Assembly: GCF_036365525.1 (NCBI RefSeq)
Contig: NC_090409.1
Span: 40,930,437 to 40,994,436, forward strand
DNA from: Heterodontus francisci
Taxonomy: Eukaryota
Direction: 5' to 3'
Length of the DNA stretch: 64,000 nt
Made by a program: the position numbers and the translations under genes. Below the pieces are notes generated by a model. That model was not told where the DNA came from. It saw only the letters and a program-made list of their open reading frames with translations, and did not search any database. Positions 38,601-49,313 of the stretch are shown piece by piece; the first letter of the stretch is position 1, and each line of letters starts with the position of its first letter.

Positions 38601-40070
38601 GGAGGGTTGTCGGGCTGGAGGAGGTTACAGAGATAGGGAGGGTTGGAGGGGCTGGAGGAGGTTACAGAGATAGGGAGGATTGTAGGGGCTGGAGGAGGTT
38701 ACAGAGATAGGGAGGGTTGTAGGGGCTGGAGGAGGTAACAGAGAGAGGGAGGGTTGTAGGGGCTGGAGGAGACTACAGAGATAGGGAGGGTTGTCGGGCT
38801 GGAGGAGGTTACAGAGATAGGGAGGGTTGGAGGGGCTGGAGGAGGTTGCAGAGATGAGGAGGGTTGTAGGGGCTGGAGGAGGTTACAGAGATAGGGAGGG
38901 TTGTAGGGGCTGGAGGAGGTTGCAGAGATGAGGAGGGTTGTAGGGACTGGAGGGGGTTACAGAGATAGGGAGGGGTTGTAGGGGCTGGAGGAGGTTACAG
39001 AGATAGGGAGGGTTGTAGGGGCTGGAGAAGGTTACAGAGACCGTGAGGGTTGTAGGGGCTGGAGGAGGTTACAGAGATAGGGAGGGGTTGTAGGGGCTGG
39101 AGGAGGTTACAGAGATAGGGAGGGTTGTAGGGACAGGAGGAGTGGAATTAATTGGATAGCTCTTTCAAAGAGCCAGCAGAGGAAATTGAATGGCCTGTTT
39201 CTGGGCTGGAGATTCGATGTAACAGGATGTGACCGTAGCAATTATCTGTAAAAATAGTGACACATCACCCCCATGGAAACATTTGCTGCTAAACTCCGCT
39301 GTGAAACCACACAGACCACTATTACAAGCTCACTCTCGTCACGGACATCACTTGTGATCGACAAGCATCGACCACAACCGCACGAAAGCACCAGGAATTG
39401 AGCAGTGGCTCCCTTACTCCTCCCCCTCCCCCACCCCGTCTGCCCCCTCAGTTGGGTGTAAAAGATCCCACGGCCACTATTTGGAAGAAGAGCAGGGGGG
39501 TGGAGTTCTCCCCGGTGTCCTGGGGACCAATATTTAACCCTCAACCAACGTCACTTAAAAACAAAAACAGATGATCTGGGTCATTATCACATTGCTGTTT
39601 GTGGGATCTTGCTGTGCGCAAATCGGCTGCTGCGTTTCCCACATTACAAACAGTGAGCGCACTTCAAAATAATACGTACCTCATTGTCTGTGAGGGGCTT
39701 GGGAACATCCTGAGTCTAATAAATGCAACTTGCACCTATTATTCTTTATCTCTTTGTCACTGTCTCTTTCTTTTTCTGTCTCTCCCCTCTGACTATGTCT
39801 CTACCTCTCCCTCTCTCTCTGTCTCTCTTTCTCTCTCTCTCTCACTCACCCTCTCTCTTGCTTTACCTCTCTGTCTCTCTTTCTCTCTCTCCCACCCTCT
39901 CTGTCTCACCCTCTCTCTCTCGGCCTCTCTCTCTCGGCCTCTCTTTCTCTCTTCACTTTATATCTCTGTTTCTCGTTCTCTTTCTGTGTGTCTCTCTGTC
40001 TTCCACTTTTTTTTCTCTTGCTGCCTCTCCCTCTCTCACTGTCTCTCTTTGTCTCTCTCACTGTCCCTCC

Positions 40071-40102
<32 letters not shown>

Positions 40103-41432
40103 GTCTCTCCCTTTTCTCCTCTTGTTGCCTCTCTCTCTGTTTCGCTCTGTCTCCCTCTCACTCTCTTTCTCTCTCTCTTTTCTCTCACTACTTCTCCCTC
40201 TATCTCTGTCTCTCTCTTTCTCTCTATCTCTCTCTCTTTTTCCCTCTTGCTGCCTCACTCTCTCGCTCTGTTTGGCTCCCCCACACACTCTTTCTCTTTC
40301 TTTTCTCTCTCACTGCTTCTCCCCCTGTCTCTCTCTCTACCTCTCTCTCTTTCTCTCTATCTCTATCTCTCTCTGTCTCTTTTTCTCTCTCACTGTCTCT
40401 CCTTCTCTCTCTGTCTCTTTCTCTCTCTCGCTATCTCTCCTTCACTCTCTGTCCCTCTCGTATTCTCTCTCTGTCTCTCTCTCTTACCCCCTTTTTCCCT
40501 CTGTCTATCTCTCTGTCTGTTTCTCTCTCGCGCTGTTTCTCCCTCTCTGTCTGACCCTCTCTTATTCTGTCTCTGTCTCTCTCCTTTGCCCCCTTTCTCT
40601 CTCTCTCTCTCTCAGTCTTTTTTCTGTCGCTGTCTCTCCCTCTCTGTCTCTTTTTCTCTCACTGTTTCTCCCTCTATCTCTGTCCCTCTTACTTTTTCTC
40701 TCTCTATCTCTCTCTCTTTCTCTGTTTCTATCTCTCTCTCTGTCTCTTTTTCTCTCTCGCTGTCTTTCCCTCTCTGTCCCTCTCATATTCTCTCTGTGTC
40801 TCTCCTGTGCCCCCTTTCTCTCTCTCGCTGTCTGTTTTTTTCTGTCGCTGTCTCTCCCTCTCTCTCTCTCTCTCTCTTTTCTCTCACCCTCTTTTCTCTC
40901 ACTGCTTCTCCCTCTATCTCTGTCTCTCTCTCTCTCCCTCATGCTGCCTCTCTCTCTCTCTCTCTTTCTTTCTCTCTGTTTCTCTCTGTCTCCCTCTCAC
41001 TCTCTTTGTCTCTGCCTCTCTCTTTTTTCTCTCACTGCTTCTCCCTCTATGTCTCTCTCTCTCTCTCTCTTTCTGTCTGTCTCTGTCTTTTTCTCTCTCG
41101 CAGTCTCTCCCTCTCTCTCTGTCCCTCACGTATTCTCTCTGTGTCTCTCTCCTTTGCCCCCTTTCTCTCTCTCTCTCTCTCTCGCTGTCTGTTTTTCTCT
41201 GTTGCTATCTCTCCCTTTCTCTCTGTTTCTCTTTTCTCTCACTGCTTCTCCGTCTATCTCTGTCCCTCTTACTTTTTCTCTCTCTATCTCTCTCTCTTTC
41301 TCTGTTTCTATCTCTCTCTCTCTGTCTCTTTTTCTCTCTCGCTGTCTTTCCCTCTCTGTCCCTCTCATATTCTCTCTGTGTCTCTCCTGTGCCCCCTTTC
41401 TCTCTCTCGCTGTCTGTTTTTTTCTGTCGCTG

Positions 41433-41463
<31 letters not shown>

Positions 41464-43801
41464 TTTCTCTCACCCTCTTNNNNNNNNNNNNNNNNNNNNN
41501 NNNNNNNNNNNNNNNNNNNNNNNNNNNNNNNNNNNNNNNNNNNNNNNNNNNNNNNNNNNNNNNNNNNNNNNNNNNNNNNNNNNNNNNNNNNNNNNNNNNN
41601 NNNNNNNNNNNNNNNNNNNNNNNNNNNNNNNNNNNNNNNNNNNNNCTCTTTTTTCTCTCACTGCTTCTCCCTCTATGTCTCTCTCTCTCTCTCTCTTTCT
41701 GTCTGTCTCTGTCTTTTTCTCTCTCGCAGTCTCTCCCTCTCTCTCTGTCCCTCACGTATTCTCTCTGTGTCTCTCTCCTTTGCCCCCTTTCTCTCTCTCT
41801 CTCTCTCTCGCTGTCTGTTTTTCTCTGTTGCTATCTCTCCCTTTCTCTCTGTTTCTCTTTTCTCTCACTGCTTCTCCCTCTATCTCTGACCCTCCTTCTT
41901 TCTGTCTCTCTCTTTCTCACTGTCTCTATCTCTCTCTCTCCATCTCTATCTCTGCCTCTCTGTTTTTCTCTCCCGCTGTCTCTCCCTCTCTCTCTCTGTG
42001 CCTCTCGTATTCTCCCTCTGTCTCTCTCCTATGCTCCCTTTCTCTCTCTCTCTCTCTGTCTGTTTTTCTCTCTTGCTGTCTCTCCCTCTCTCTTCCTCTC
42101 ACTGCTTCTTCCTCTATCTTTGTCCCTCTTTGTCTCTCTCTGTGTCTCTTTTTCTCTCTCGCTGTCTCGCCTTCTCTCTCTGTGCCTCCCTCGTATTCTC
42201 TCTCTCTCTCTCCACTCCATTGTTTGAATTGGTTACAATGGCTGGAAGGGGGAGAAAAATCAGACCATCGGAGAAACGGGAACGGCACAGATGGAGGCCA
42301 TTCGGCCCATCGCGTCTCTGCTAGTCCCATACCGCCCGGCCCTTTCCCCGTAACCCTGCAACCATTTTTTCCTCTTCAGGTGTTCACCCCCAATTCCCTT
42401 TTGAACGCGACGATTAAATTTGCCTCCATCAGCCGCTCCCCTCCGTCAGACTCCTCGACAAGGCCCAGCGGTGAACGGCGGAGAGGTCGAGGTTATTTAC
42501 CGGCGATGGTGAGAAGGATGAGGGAGGTAGTCAGCGACTTGGTGACGAGGGTGATCTGTGAGGGGAGGAGACAGGAGGCTGTTCAGTTATTGGGACAGTG
42601 TTTAAACCCCATCAGCTTCTTCTGGGAGGCTAACCATCCTTGCAGATTTTACTCCCTCACTTCCCCCTGTACTACTCTGCACCGAGTCCCGTTCACCCAT
42701 CACTCCCTGCCGCTCACCAGCTCTCGGTTCAGCAATGCCTCCGTTTTGAACTTCTGATCCTTGTTTCAAACCTCCTCCAGGCCCCGACAACCCTCTTTAT
42801 CCCCATGACCACCGACAACCCTCCCTATCTCTGTAACCTCCTCCAGCCCCTACAACCCTCCCTATCTCTGTAACCTCCTCCAGTCCCTACAACCCTCCGA
42901 GTTCTCTGCGCTCCCTCCAATTCCGTCCTCTCGCCCATCCCCCGATTCCCATCGCTCCACCATTGGCGCCCGTGCCTTCAGCTGCCTGGGGGCCCTAAGC
43001 TCTGGAATTCCCTCCCTAAACCTCTCCGCCTCTCTCTCTCTTTCTCTCTCTCTCCTCCTTTAAGACGCTCCTTAAAAAAACCGACCTCTCTGACCCGAGC
43101 TTTTGGTCGCCGGTCCCTGATATCACCTGACGTGGCTCGGGGTCAAATCTCTGTCTGATTTACACTCCTGCGAATCACCTTGGGATGCTTTACTACATTG
43201 AGGGCGCTATATAAATGCATGTTGTTGTTTCTCTCTATCTCTCCCTTCACCAATGCTACGTGGAGCATCTCCCTGGTAATCCTCATCAACGTCTCATAGG
43301 ACAACACACCAGTGTAGGGAGTCCATTCGGCCCATCGTCCCCGTGCTAGCTCTTTGAAAGATCTATCCAATTACTCACCACTCTCCCCCCACCAACTCTT
43401 TCCCCTATCGTCCTGCAAATTTTTCCCCTTCCAGTATTTCTCCAATTCCCCCTTTTGAAAGTTACTATTGAATCTGCTTCCACCGCCCTTTCAGGCAGCG
43501 CGTTCCAGATCACAACAACTCACTGCGTCAAAAACATTCTCCTCCTCTCCCCCCCTCTGGTTCTTTAACCCATTATCCTCAATCTGTGTCCCTCTGGTTA
43601 CCGACCCTCCTGCCACTGGGAACAGTTTCTCCTCATTTACTCCATCGAAACCCCCTCGTGATTTTGAACGCCTCGATTAAATCTCCCCCCTTAACCTTCA
43701 GTGCCCTGAGGAGAAGCACCTCAGATTGTTGGAGAAAGCTGTCCTACCTGCCGATATTGGACGAGAACAGGGCGACTCTGCCCAGCTTGTACCCTCTCCA
43801 T
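32639..43801 (-). CDS. Gene B: non-rearranging germline-joined VJ + C1 Ig-superfamily protein, apparently secreted (PRARP/VJC1/UrIg-like), 257 aa; complement(join(43748..43801,42501..42555,36252..36608,34804..35106,32639..32643))
   Basis: All junctions are GT-AG and in frame (intron phases 0,1,1,1): [66 protein letters not shown]...VYWVF...RFQDRL...[54 protein letters not shown]...VSCET...IEWLRNG...[10 protein letters not shown]...YTCLLHH...IALS-G*. The V and C1 exons are strong; the first and last exons are less certain. Confidence 0.8.
32672..32850 (+). mobile_element. Penelope pseudo-LTR fragment
   Basis: Similar to 8680-8862 (gaagaagggtcactgacccgaaacgttaactc...acagatgctgccagacctgctgagt). 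Confidence 0.8.
32851..34625 (-). repeat. 33-bp minisatellite (Deu-SINE-derived), about 54 copies, last intron of gene B
   Basis: Unit ctccctcagtactgaccctccgacagtgcggca; 11-aa periodicity [11 protein letters not shown]. Confidence 0.95.
34804..35106 (-). CDS. Gene B Ig C1-set exon
   Basis: ttcctcctacag|AA ... AGT G|gtaaga; 303 nt, phase 1-1. VSC, IEWLRNG, DGSY-x-x-x-S-x-L and YTC-x-x-x-H motifs characteristic of C1-set domains. Confidence 0.88.
35450..36230 (+). mobile_element. Deu-domain SINE with 33-bp expansion (35450-35891), V-C intron of gene B
   Basis: About 13 units followed by the Deu core and tail. Confidence 0.85.
36252..36608 (-). CDS. Gene B VJ-type Ig V-set exon
   Basis: gtcctttcag|GT ... 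CAC G|gtgagg; 357 nt, phase 1-1. Canonical B-strand Cys (LNC), C-strand Trp (VYW), D-S-E-T-Y-Y-C and a J-like G-Q-G-T-R-L-F-V are all in one exon. Confidence 0.93.
36625..39135 (-). mobile_element. L2 3' end plus 37-bp array, split by a CR1 insertion
   Basis: L2 tail at 36625-36835; ggaggaggttacagagatagggagggttgtaggggct units at 36833-37051 and 38480-39135. Confidence 0.85.
37052..38478 (-). mobile_element. 5'-truncated CR1 LINE with RT domain, one frameshifting deletion
   Basis: [30 protein letters not shown] and FADD motifs; (TTCTAA)n tail at 37052-37070. Confidence 0.95.
39434..39730 (+). mobile_element. Partial Deu-domain SINE
   Basis: cccgtctgcccc...gtaaaagatcccacggccactatttggaagaagagcagggg core and tail. 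Confidence 0.8.
39745..42212. repeat. (CT)n-rich low-complexity tract with internal block duplications and an N gap (41480-41645)
   Basis: Polypyrimidine tract; it explains the 1052-aa and 834-aa spurious ORFs. Confidence 0.95.
42501..42555 (-). CDS. Gene B hydrophobic leader exon
   Basis: ctcctcccctcacag|ATC ... GCC G|gtaaat; [18 protein letters not shown]; phase-1 donor typical of Ig-superfamily leader exons. Confidence 0.75.
42700..43228 (+). mobile_element. L2 3' end with a short 37-bp repeat
   Basis: Homologous to 6625-7305. Confidence 0.8.
43748..43801 (-). CDS. Gene B first coding exon
   Basis: gacATGG...CGG CAG|gtagga; 54 nt, phase 0, matching the phase-0 acceptor of the next exon; lies just downstream of a promoter-like motif cluster. 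Confidence 0.6.
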
Positions 43802-43844
43802 GTCCACACTGGTAACTCAGCTCGGTCAGGGGAGGCAGCTGTCT

Positions 43845-43970
43845 GCCACTGATAGCTTCTGAGCTGAGATCTCAATCGGCCACTGGCAGGAAACAGGGCT
43901 CGCAGCAAAACTCTTGAGTGTGGTTTCGCTTCTCGACAACTCCGCCCCCTCCGCCCCTTTACCAATCTGC
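43845..43970 (-). promoter_or_regulatory. Putative gene B promoter
   Basis: Within about 170 bp upstream of the ATG: GATA (tgatag), ETS core CAGGAA 43887-43892, RUNX TGTGGTT 43919-43925 overlapping an IRF/EICE-like GGTTTCGCTTCT, two GC boxes at 43941-43957 and CCAAT at 43962-43966. Motif matches only. Confidence 0.5.
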
Positions 43971-44109
43971 AGCAAAGCCAGTGACATGCGAGCAAAAACA
44001 AATAATCGTCGAGCATTCCACTTCAGAATCAGCCCGAACTGCCAAACCCCTGAATCGCGGAGGCAACACCAGGGGCACCCATCTCGGCTTGCTACAACCG
44101 TACGGGGCA

Positions 44110-44575
44110 TTTTGTGAGACCGCACCTGGGGCACTGTGTACCGTTCTGGTCTCCTTACTGAACGAAGGATAGACCTGCCTCAGAGAGAGTGTAGTGAAGG
44201 TTTCCCGGGATGAGAGGGTTGTCCGATGAGGGGAGATTGAGCAGAATGGGCCGATATTCTCCGGAGTTTGGAAGAATGAGAGGTGATCTCATTGAAATGT
44301 ATAAAATTCTCAGAGGGTTTGACAGGGTAGATGTTGAGAAGCTGTTTCCCCCCCATCCGGTTGAAGAGTCCTGAACTGGGTTGGGGGTGGTGGGGGGGGG
44401 GGGGGGGGGTCCCAGTCTCAGGATAAGGGGGTCGGCCATTGGGGACTGAGATGAGGAGAAATGTCTTCGCTCAGAGGGTTGTGAATCTTCGGAATTCTCG
44501 ACCCCAGAGATGCTCAGTCGTTGAGTCGATTCAAGACCGAGATCGAGAGTTTTTTTTGGGCGCTGAGGGAATCGA
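44110..44575 (+). mobile_element. Degenerate CR1 3' fragment
   Basis: gtgagaccgcacctgg, agaatgagaggtgatctcattgaa and gagggttgtgaatctt segments. Confidence 0.75.
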
Positions 44576-45523
44576 GGCCACCTTCGTGCAGCCTTACTTA
44601 GACAGCTGATGTTGTAGCTGTCCATTAATTACTGGCCCGGTCGGACTGACGGACCCCGATTGAACGGGGTCGAATTCAGCTGTTGTTGTGTCAGCGGAAC
44701 TCTCCATTGTCGACGGAGACCTTGCATTTCTCCAGCTCCGCTCACCGCCTCGGGACCCCCGAAGGCGCTTCTCAGCCAGCCAGGGACTTCTTTTCCCAGG
44801 CGCGGCCGCCGTTGTGACGTGGGGGAACGCAGCAGCCGGCCTGCGCGCACAGCAGGATCCCACAGGCAGCAATAGCGAGACTGTCCGTCTCTTTTTGGTG
44901 ATGCTCATCGCCCAATTATGTGTCTCGGTGACAGCGTTCTGCCTGTTGCGCGCTCCTGCCCAGCGCCGTGGGATGTCTTAACTCTGTCGAGGGCGCCAGG
45001 TAAGTACACCTGATCGAGGTAAGGGAGGAGATGTTATAATCTCCCTAGCCTGGTGGTGAAGGATAGAACTGGAGCCAATCTTTAGGCACTTTTATAATCA
45101 TCTATTTGCCACCAGACGACTCCAGTTTCAGTCTGTTCCTATTCATAGGGGCTCAAGTGAATCCCCAGTTAATGCCCGCCACCTGTATACAATTAAGCAC
45201 AATTAACAAGAGTCAGAGGAACTGGCAGTGTCTGAGCTGAAGTGTTTGTGTGACAATGACAGCCTCTGAGGTTCCAACACCGTGACTGCAGAAGAACGGA
45301 AGTTCAAGGTTTAGGGAAGTGGTTTCCAGGGCCACGGATCATCTCTAGGCTCGGACAGAATCAAACTGAAGCACTGACGACAAACGCAGGACTTCAGGCT
45401 TGAGTCTCCTTACTCACCCTCGCTGGGGACCAGCGTTCTGCTGTGAGTACACACTCTTCCTTAAACCTGGCGCTATGTCTTGCTGGTAAACAATGAGCAT
45501 TTCTCTCTAAGTGCTGGTGCAGT

Positions 45524-46135
45524 TTTTTTTTTAATCATTCATGGGATGTGGGCGTCACTGGCCAGGCCAGCATTTATTGTCCATCCCTAATTGTCCTTGA
45601 GAAGGTGGTGGTGAGCTGCCTTCTTGAACCGCTGCAGTCCATGTGGGGTAGGTACACCCACAGTGCTGTTAGGAAGGGAGTTCCAGGATTTTGACCCAGC
45701 GACAGTGAAGGAACGGCGATATAGTTCCAAGTCAGGATGCTGTGTGACTTGGAGGGGAACTTGCAGGTGGTGGTGTTCCCATGCATCTGCTGGCCTTGTT
45801 TTTCTAGTTGGTAGAGGTCACGGGTTTGGAAAGTGCTGTCTAAGGAGCCTTGGTGCATCTTGTAGATGGTACACACTGCTGTCACTGTGTGTTGGTGGTG
45901 GAGGGTGTGAATGTTTGAGGATGGGGTGCCAATCAAGCGGGCTGCTTTGTCCTGGATGGTGTCGAGCTTCTTGAGTGTTGTTGGAGCTGCACCCATCCAG
46001 GCAAGTGGAGAGTATTCCATCACACTCCTGACTTGTGCCTTGTAGATGGTGGACAGGCTTTGGGGAGTCAGGAGGTGAGTTACTCACCGCAGGATTCCCA
46101 GCCTCTGACCTGCTCTTGTAGCCACGGTATTTATG
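45524..46135 (-). mobile_element. CR1/L2-group LINE 3' end (distinct family)
   Basis: MEYSPLAWMGAAPTTLKKLDTIQDKAARLI ORF2 C-terminus; A-rich tail at 45524-45533. Confidence 0.85.
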
Positions 46136-46274
46136 TGGATATTGGAAATCCAAAGAGACAATGCAAGCACGTGCCTGCAAACGACCCCAGTTTCAGTCTG
46201 TTCCTATTCATAGGAGCTCAGGTGAATCCCCAGTTCATGTCTGCCAGGTTGCAGAGGTTGTGGGTTTGGAACCA

Positions 46275-46570
46275 GGTGGTGGCATAGTGTTAAGGTCACT
46301 GGAGTAGCAGTACCGAGGCCCAGGCTATTGCCCTGGGGACACGGATTCAAATCCCACCAGGGCAGCTGGACGAATTTAAATTTCAACTAATGAATAAAAA
46401 TTCTGGAATTGAAACCTAGTGTCAGTAACGGTGCTGTGAAACTCTCATCCATGGGGATTGAACAAAAACAGCTGGTTCACTAATGTCCTTTAGGGAAGGA
46501 AATCTGCTGTCCTTACCTGGTCTGGCCTACATGTGACTCCAGACCCACAGCAATGTGGTTAAATCTTAAC
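46275..46570 (+). mobile_element. tRNA-derived SINE, 3'-truncated
   Basis: A box ggtggcatagtg and B box ggattcaaatccc; body ctggttcactaatgtcctttagggaaggaaatctg...gtgactccagacccacagcaatgtggtt. Confidence 0.7.
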
Positions 46571-46749
46571 GGGGGCCTTGGTTTAAGGTCTTGTTATTGG
46601 CAGGTGCTGCGTAACCTGCTCCTGTACCAACTTGCATTACCTCAGCTCTGTCACGTCACAGCTCGAATGGGTCGTGTCAGGGTGAGGTCCGATTGGAAAA
46701 GCAGGGATGTGAGAGAGACAGACACCTTTGCACAGGTGCAGTCCTCCAA

Positions 46750-47870
46750 AAACAAACTGCATTTATATAGCTGCTTTAATGCCCCAGGGTGCTTTGCACA
46801 GGAGTGTAAATCATTCAGTAATTTGACCCCGAGCCACGTCAGGAGATATTAGGGGCCGGCAACCAAAAGCTCGGTCACGGAGGTCGTTTTTTTTTAAGGA
46901 GCGTGTTAAAGGAGGAGAGAGGGAGAGAGTGGCGGAGAGGTTTAGGGAGGGAATTCCGGAGCTTAGGGCCCCCAGGCAGCTGAAGGCACGGCCGCCAATG
47001 GTGGAGCGATGGGAATCGGGGGATGGGCAAGAGGACGGAATTGGAGTAGTGCAGAGATCTCGGAGGGTTGGAGGGTTGTAGGGGCTGGAGAGTGTTACAG
47101 AGATAGGGAGGGTTGCAGGGGCTGCAGGAGGTTACAGAGATAGGGAGGGTTGTCGGGACTGGAGGAGGTTACAGAGATAGGGAGGGTTGTAGGGGCTGGA
47201 GGAGGTTACAGAGATGGGGAGGGTTGTCGGGGCTGGAGGAGGTTACAGAGATAGGGATGGGTGTAGGGGCTGGAGGAGGTTACAGAGATGGGGAGGGTTG
47301 TAGGGGCTGGAGAAGGTGACAGAGATAGGGAGGGTTGTAGGGGCTGGAGGAGGTTACAGAGATAGGGAGGGTTGTAGGGGCTGGAGGAGGTTACAGAGAT
47401 AGGGAGGGTTGTAGGGGCTGGAGGAGGTTACAGAGATGGGGAGGGTTGTAGGGGCTGGAGGAGGTGACAGAGATAGGGAGGGTTGTCGGGGCTGGAGGAG
47501 GTTACAGAGATAGGGAGGGTTGTAGGGGCTGGAGGAGGTTACAGAGATAGGTAGGGTTGGAGGGGCTGGTGGAGGTTACAGAGATAGGGAGGGTTGTAGG
47601 GGCTGGAGGAGGTTATAGAGATAGGGAGGGTTGTAGGGGCTGGAGGAGGTTTCAGAGACAGGGAGGGTTGTAGGGGCTGGAGGAGGTTACAGAGATAGGG
47701 AGGGTTGTAGGGGCTGGAGGAGGTTATAGAGATAGGTAGGGTTGGAGGGGCTGGAGGAGGTTACAGAGATAGGGAGGGGCAAGGAGGCCATGGAGGGATT
47801 TAAAAACGATGATGTGAATTTTAAAATGGAGACGTTGTCGGACCTGGAGCCAGTGTCGGTCAGCGAGTAA
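46750..47870 (-). mobile_element. L2 3' end with 37-bp array (about 47060-47775)
   Basis: [28 protein letters not shown] runs directly into the array. Confidence 0.85.
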
Positions 47871-48071
47871 CCGACCTCTCAATACAAGTTCTCTTGAAAC
47901 AAAGCAGGGTGAAAGGAATGGAAGGGTATGGTGATAGGGTGAGATGAGGAGGGGGTATAATGAGCATAAACACTGGCACGGAGCAGATGGGCCGAATGTC
48001 CGGTTTCCGAGCTGCACAATGTTGTGTAAGTTTGGAAGACAGTCCAGAACTCCCTTCGAGGTCCCGCCTAC

Positions 48072-48680
48072 TCTCCACTGACCCTACGACAGTGCGGCAC
48101 TCCCTCAGTACTGACCCTCCGATAGTGCGGCACTCCCTCAGTACTGACCCTCCGACAGTGCAGCACTCCCTCAGTACTGACCCTCCAATAGTGCAGCACT
48201 CCCTCAGTACTGACCCTCCGACAGTGCAGCACTCCCTCAGTACTGACTCTCTGACAGTGCAGCACTCCCTCAGTACTGACCCTCCGACAGTGCAGCACTC
48301 CCTCAGTACTGACCCTCCGACAGTGCAGCACTCCCTCAGTACTGACCCTCCCTCAGTGCAGCATTCCTCAGTACTGACCCTCCGACAGTGCGGCGCTCCC
48401 TCAGTACTGACCCTCCGACAGTGCAGCGCTCCCTCAGTACTGACCCTCCGACAGTGCAGCGCTCCCTCAGCACTAACCCTCCGACAGTGCGGCACTCCCT
48501 CAGCACTGACCCTCCGACAGTGCAGAACTCCCTCAGTACTGACCCTCCGACAGTGCGGCACTCCCTCACAACATGACCCTGCGAGGCCTCAGCCCCCATT
48601 TGAGGGATCGAGTCTCGAGCGTGAGGGCTCGAATCCACCGCCCTCTGACTGGAGGCGGGTGTGCTGCCTACTGTGGCCAA
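48072..48680 (-). mobile_element. Deu-SINE 5' part with 33-bp array (48072-48567)
   Basis: About 15 units plus a degenerate tRNA-like head near 48625-48680. Confidence 0.75.
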
Positions 48681-49069
48681 CCTGCCGTCGCTGCAAGTTG
48701 AGGAGGGCGTCCCGGAGGGAACAGCGGCCTGGGGGGGGGGGGGGGCGGGGGTGGGGAGAGTCGGAGGAAGTGGCTCTGGCCGTTCGGGGAGCTGCCTCGC
48801 TGGGTGAACCCTGACGCGTTGTTCCTGGGCAGTCTCCAGTGTGGAACACAATTCCCAGGGTGGGATTCGGGAGTTAAACGTGCTCGGGATCATATTCTTC
48901 CTTCAACCCGACTTCTCCTTTGCAGCTTTGCTGAACAGCTGTGTCTATTGACCGTCTTCCCAATATCTGACAGTGTTGAGATTGTGCTGAAGCTGCCTGA
49001 TGTGACTCTCAGTCTGTAAACCCCTCCTCGTTCTGGACTCTCCGCAGCTCCCAGGAACCGCCCTGTTTT

Positions 49070-49272
49070 TGTGTCAGATTGGCCTGGAGCTGAGGGGGTA
49101 GGCTAAACGTTTCCTCCGTCTCCTGACTCCTATTTCCTGACGCTTTCTGTACCTCCCGGTCCACATTCTGCTTCCCCCCCCATCAATCCCCACCCCCGCC
49201 CCCAGCTCCTCCTCCGACTCCCTCCACTTCGCCCCGTTCACTCCTCTGCTGAGGGAGCGGTGCAAGGTAACT
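49070..49272 (+). promoter_or_regulatory. Putative VWA7 promoter and non-coding first exon
   Basis: Reverse CCAAT (ATTGG 49078-49082), GC box ccccgccccc near 49195 and a donor AAG|gtaact at 49267, upstream of the acceptor at 50488. Confidence 0.4.
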
Positions 49273-49313
49273 TGCTGAGTCTCCGCCCGGGGCTGGGGCA
49301 GCTGACTGAACCC

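Noticed and set aside
39599-42757. 1052-aa, 834-aa and 360-aa Ser/Leu ORFs and Arg/Glu antisense ORFs
   Set aside because: Translations of the (CT)n tract spanning an N gap; no domain content.
44590-45500. Isolated strong splice donors (minus strand near 44597 and 45417; plus strand near 45000)
   Set aside because: No coherent reading frame or leader-like peptide; could be non-coding exons but unsupported.
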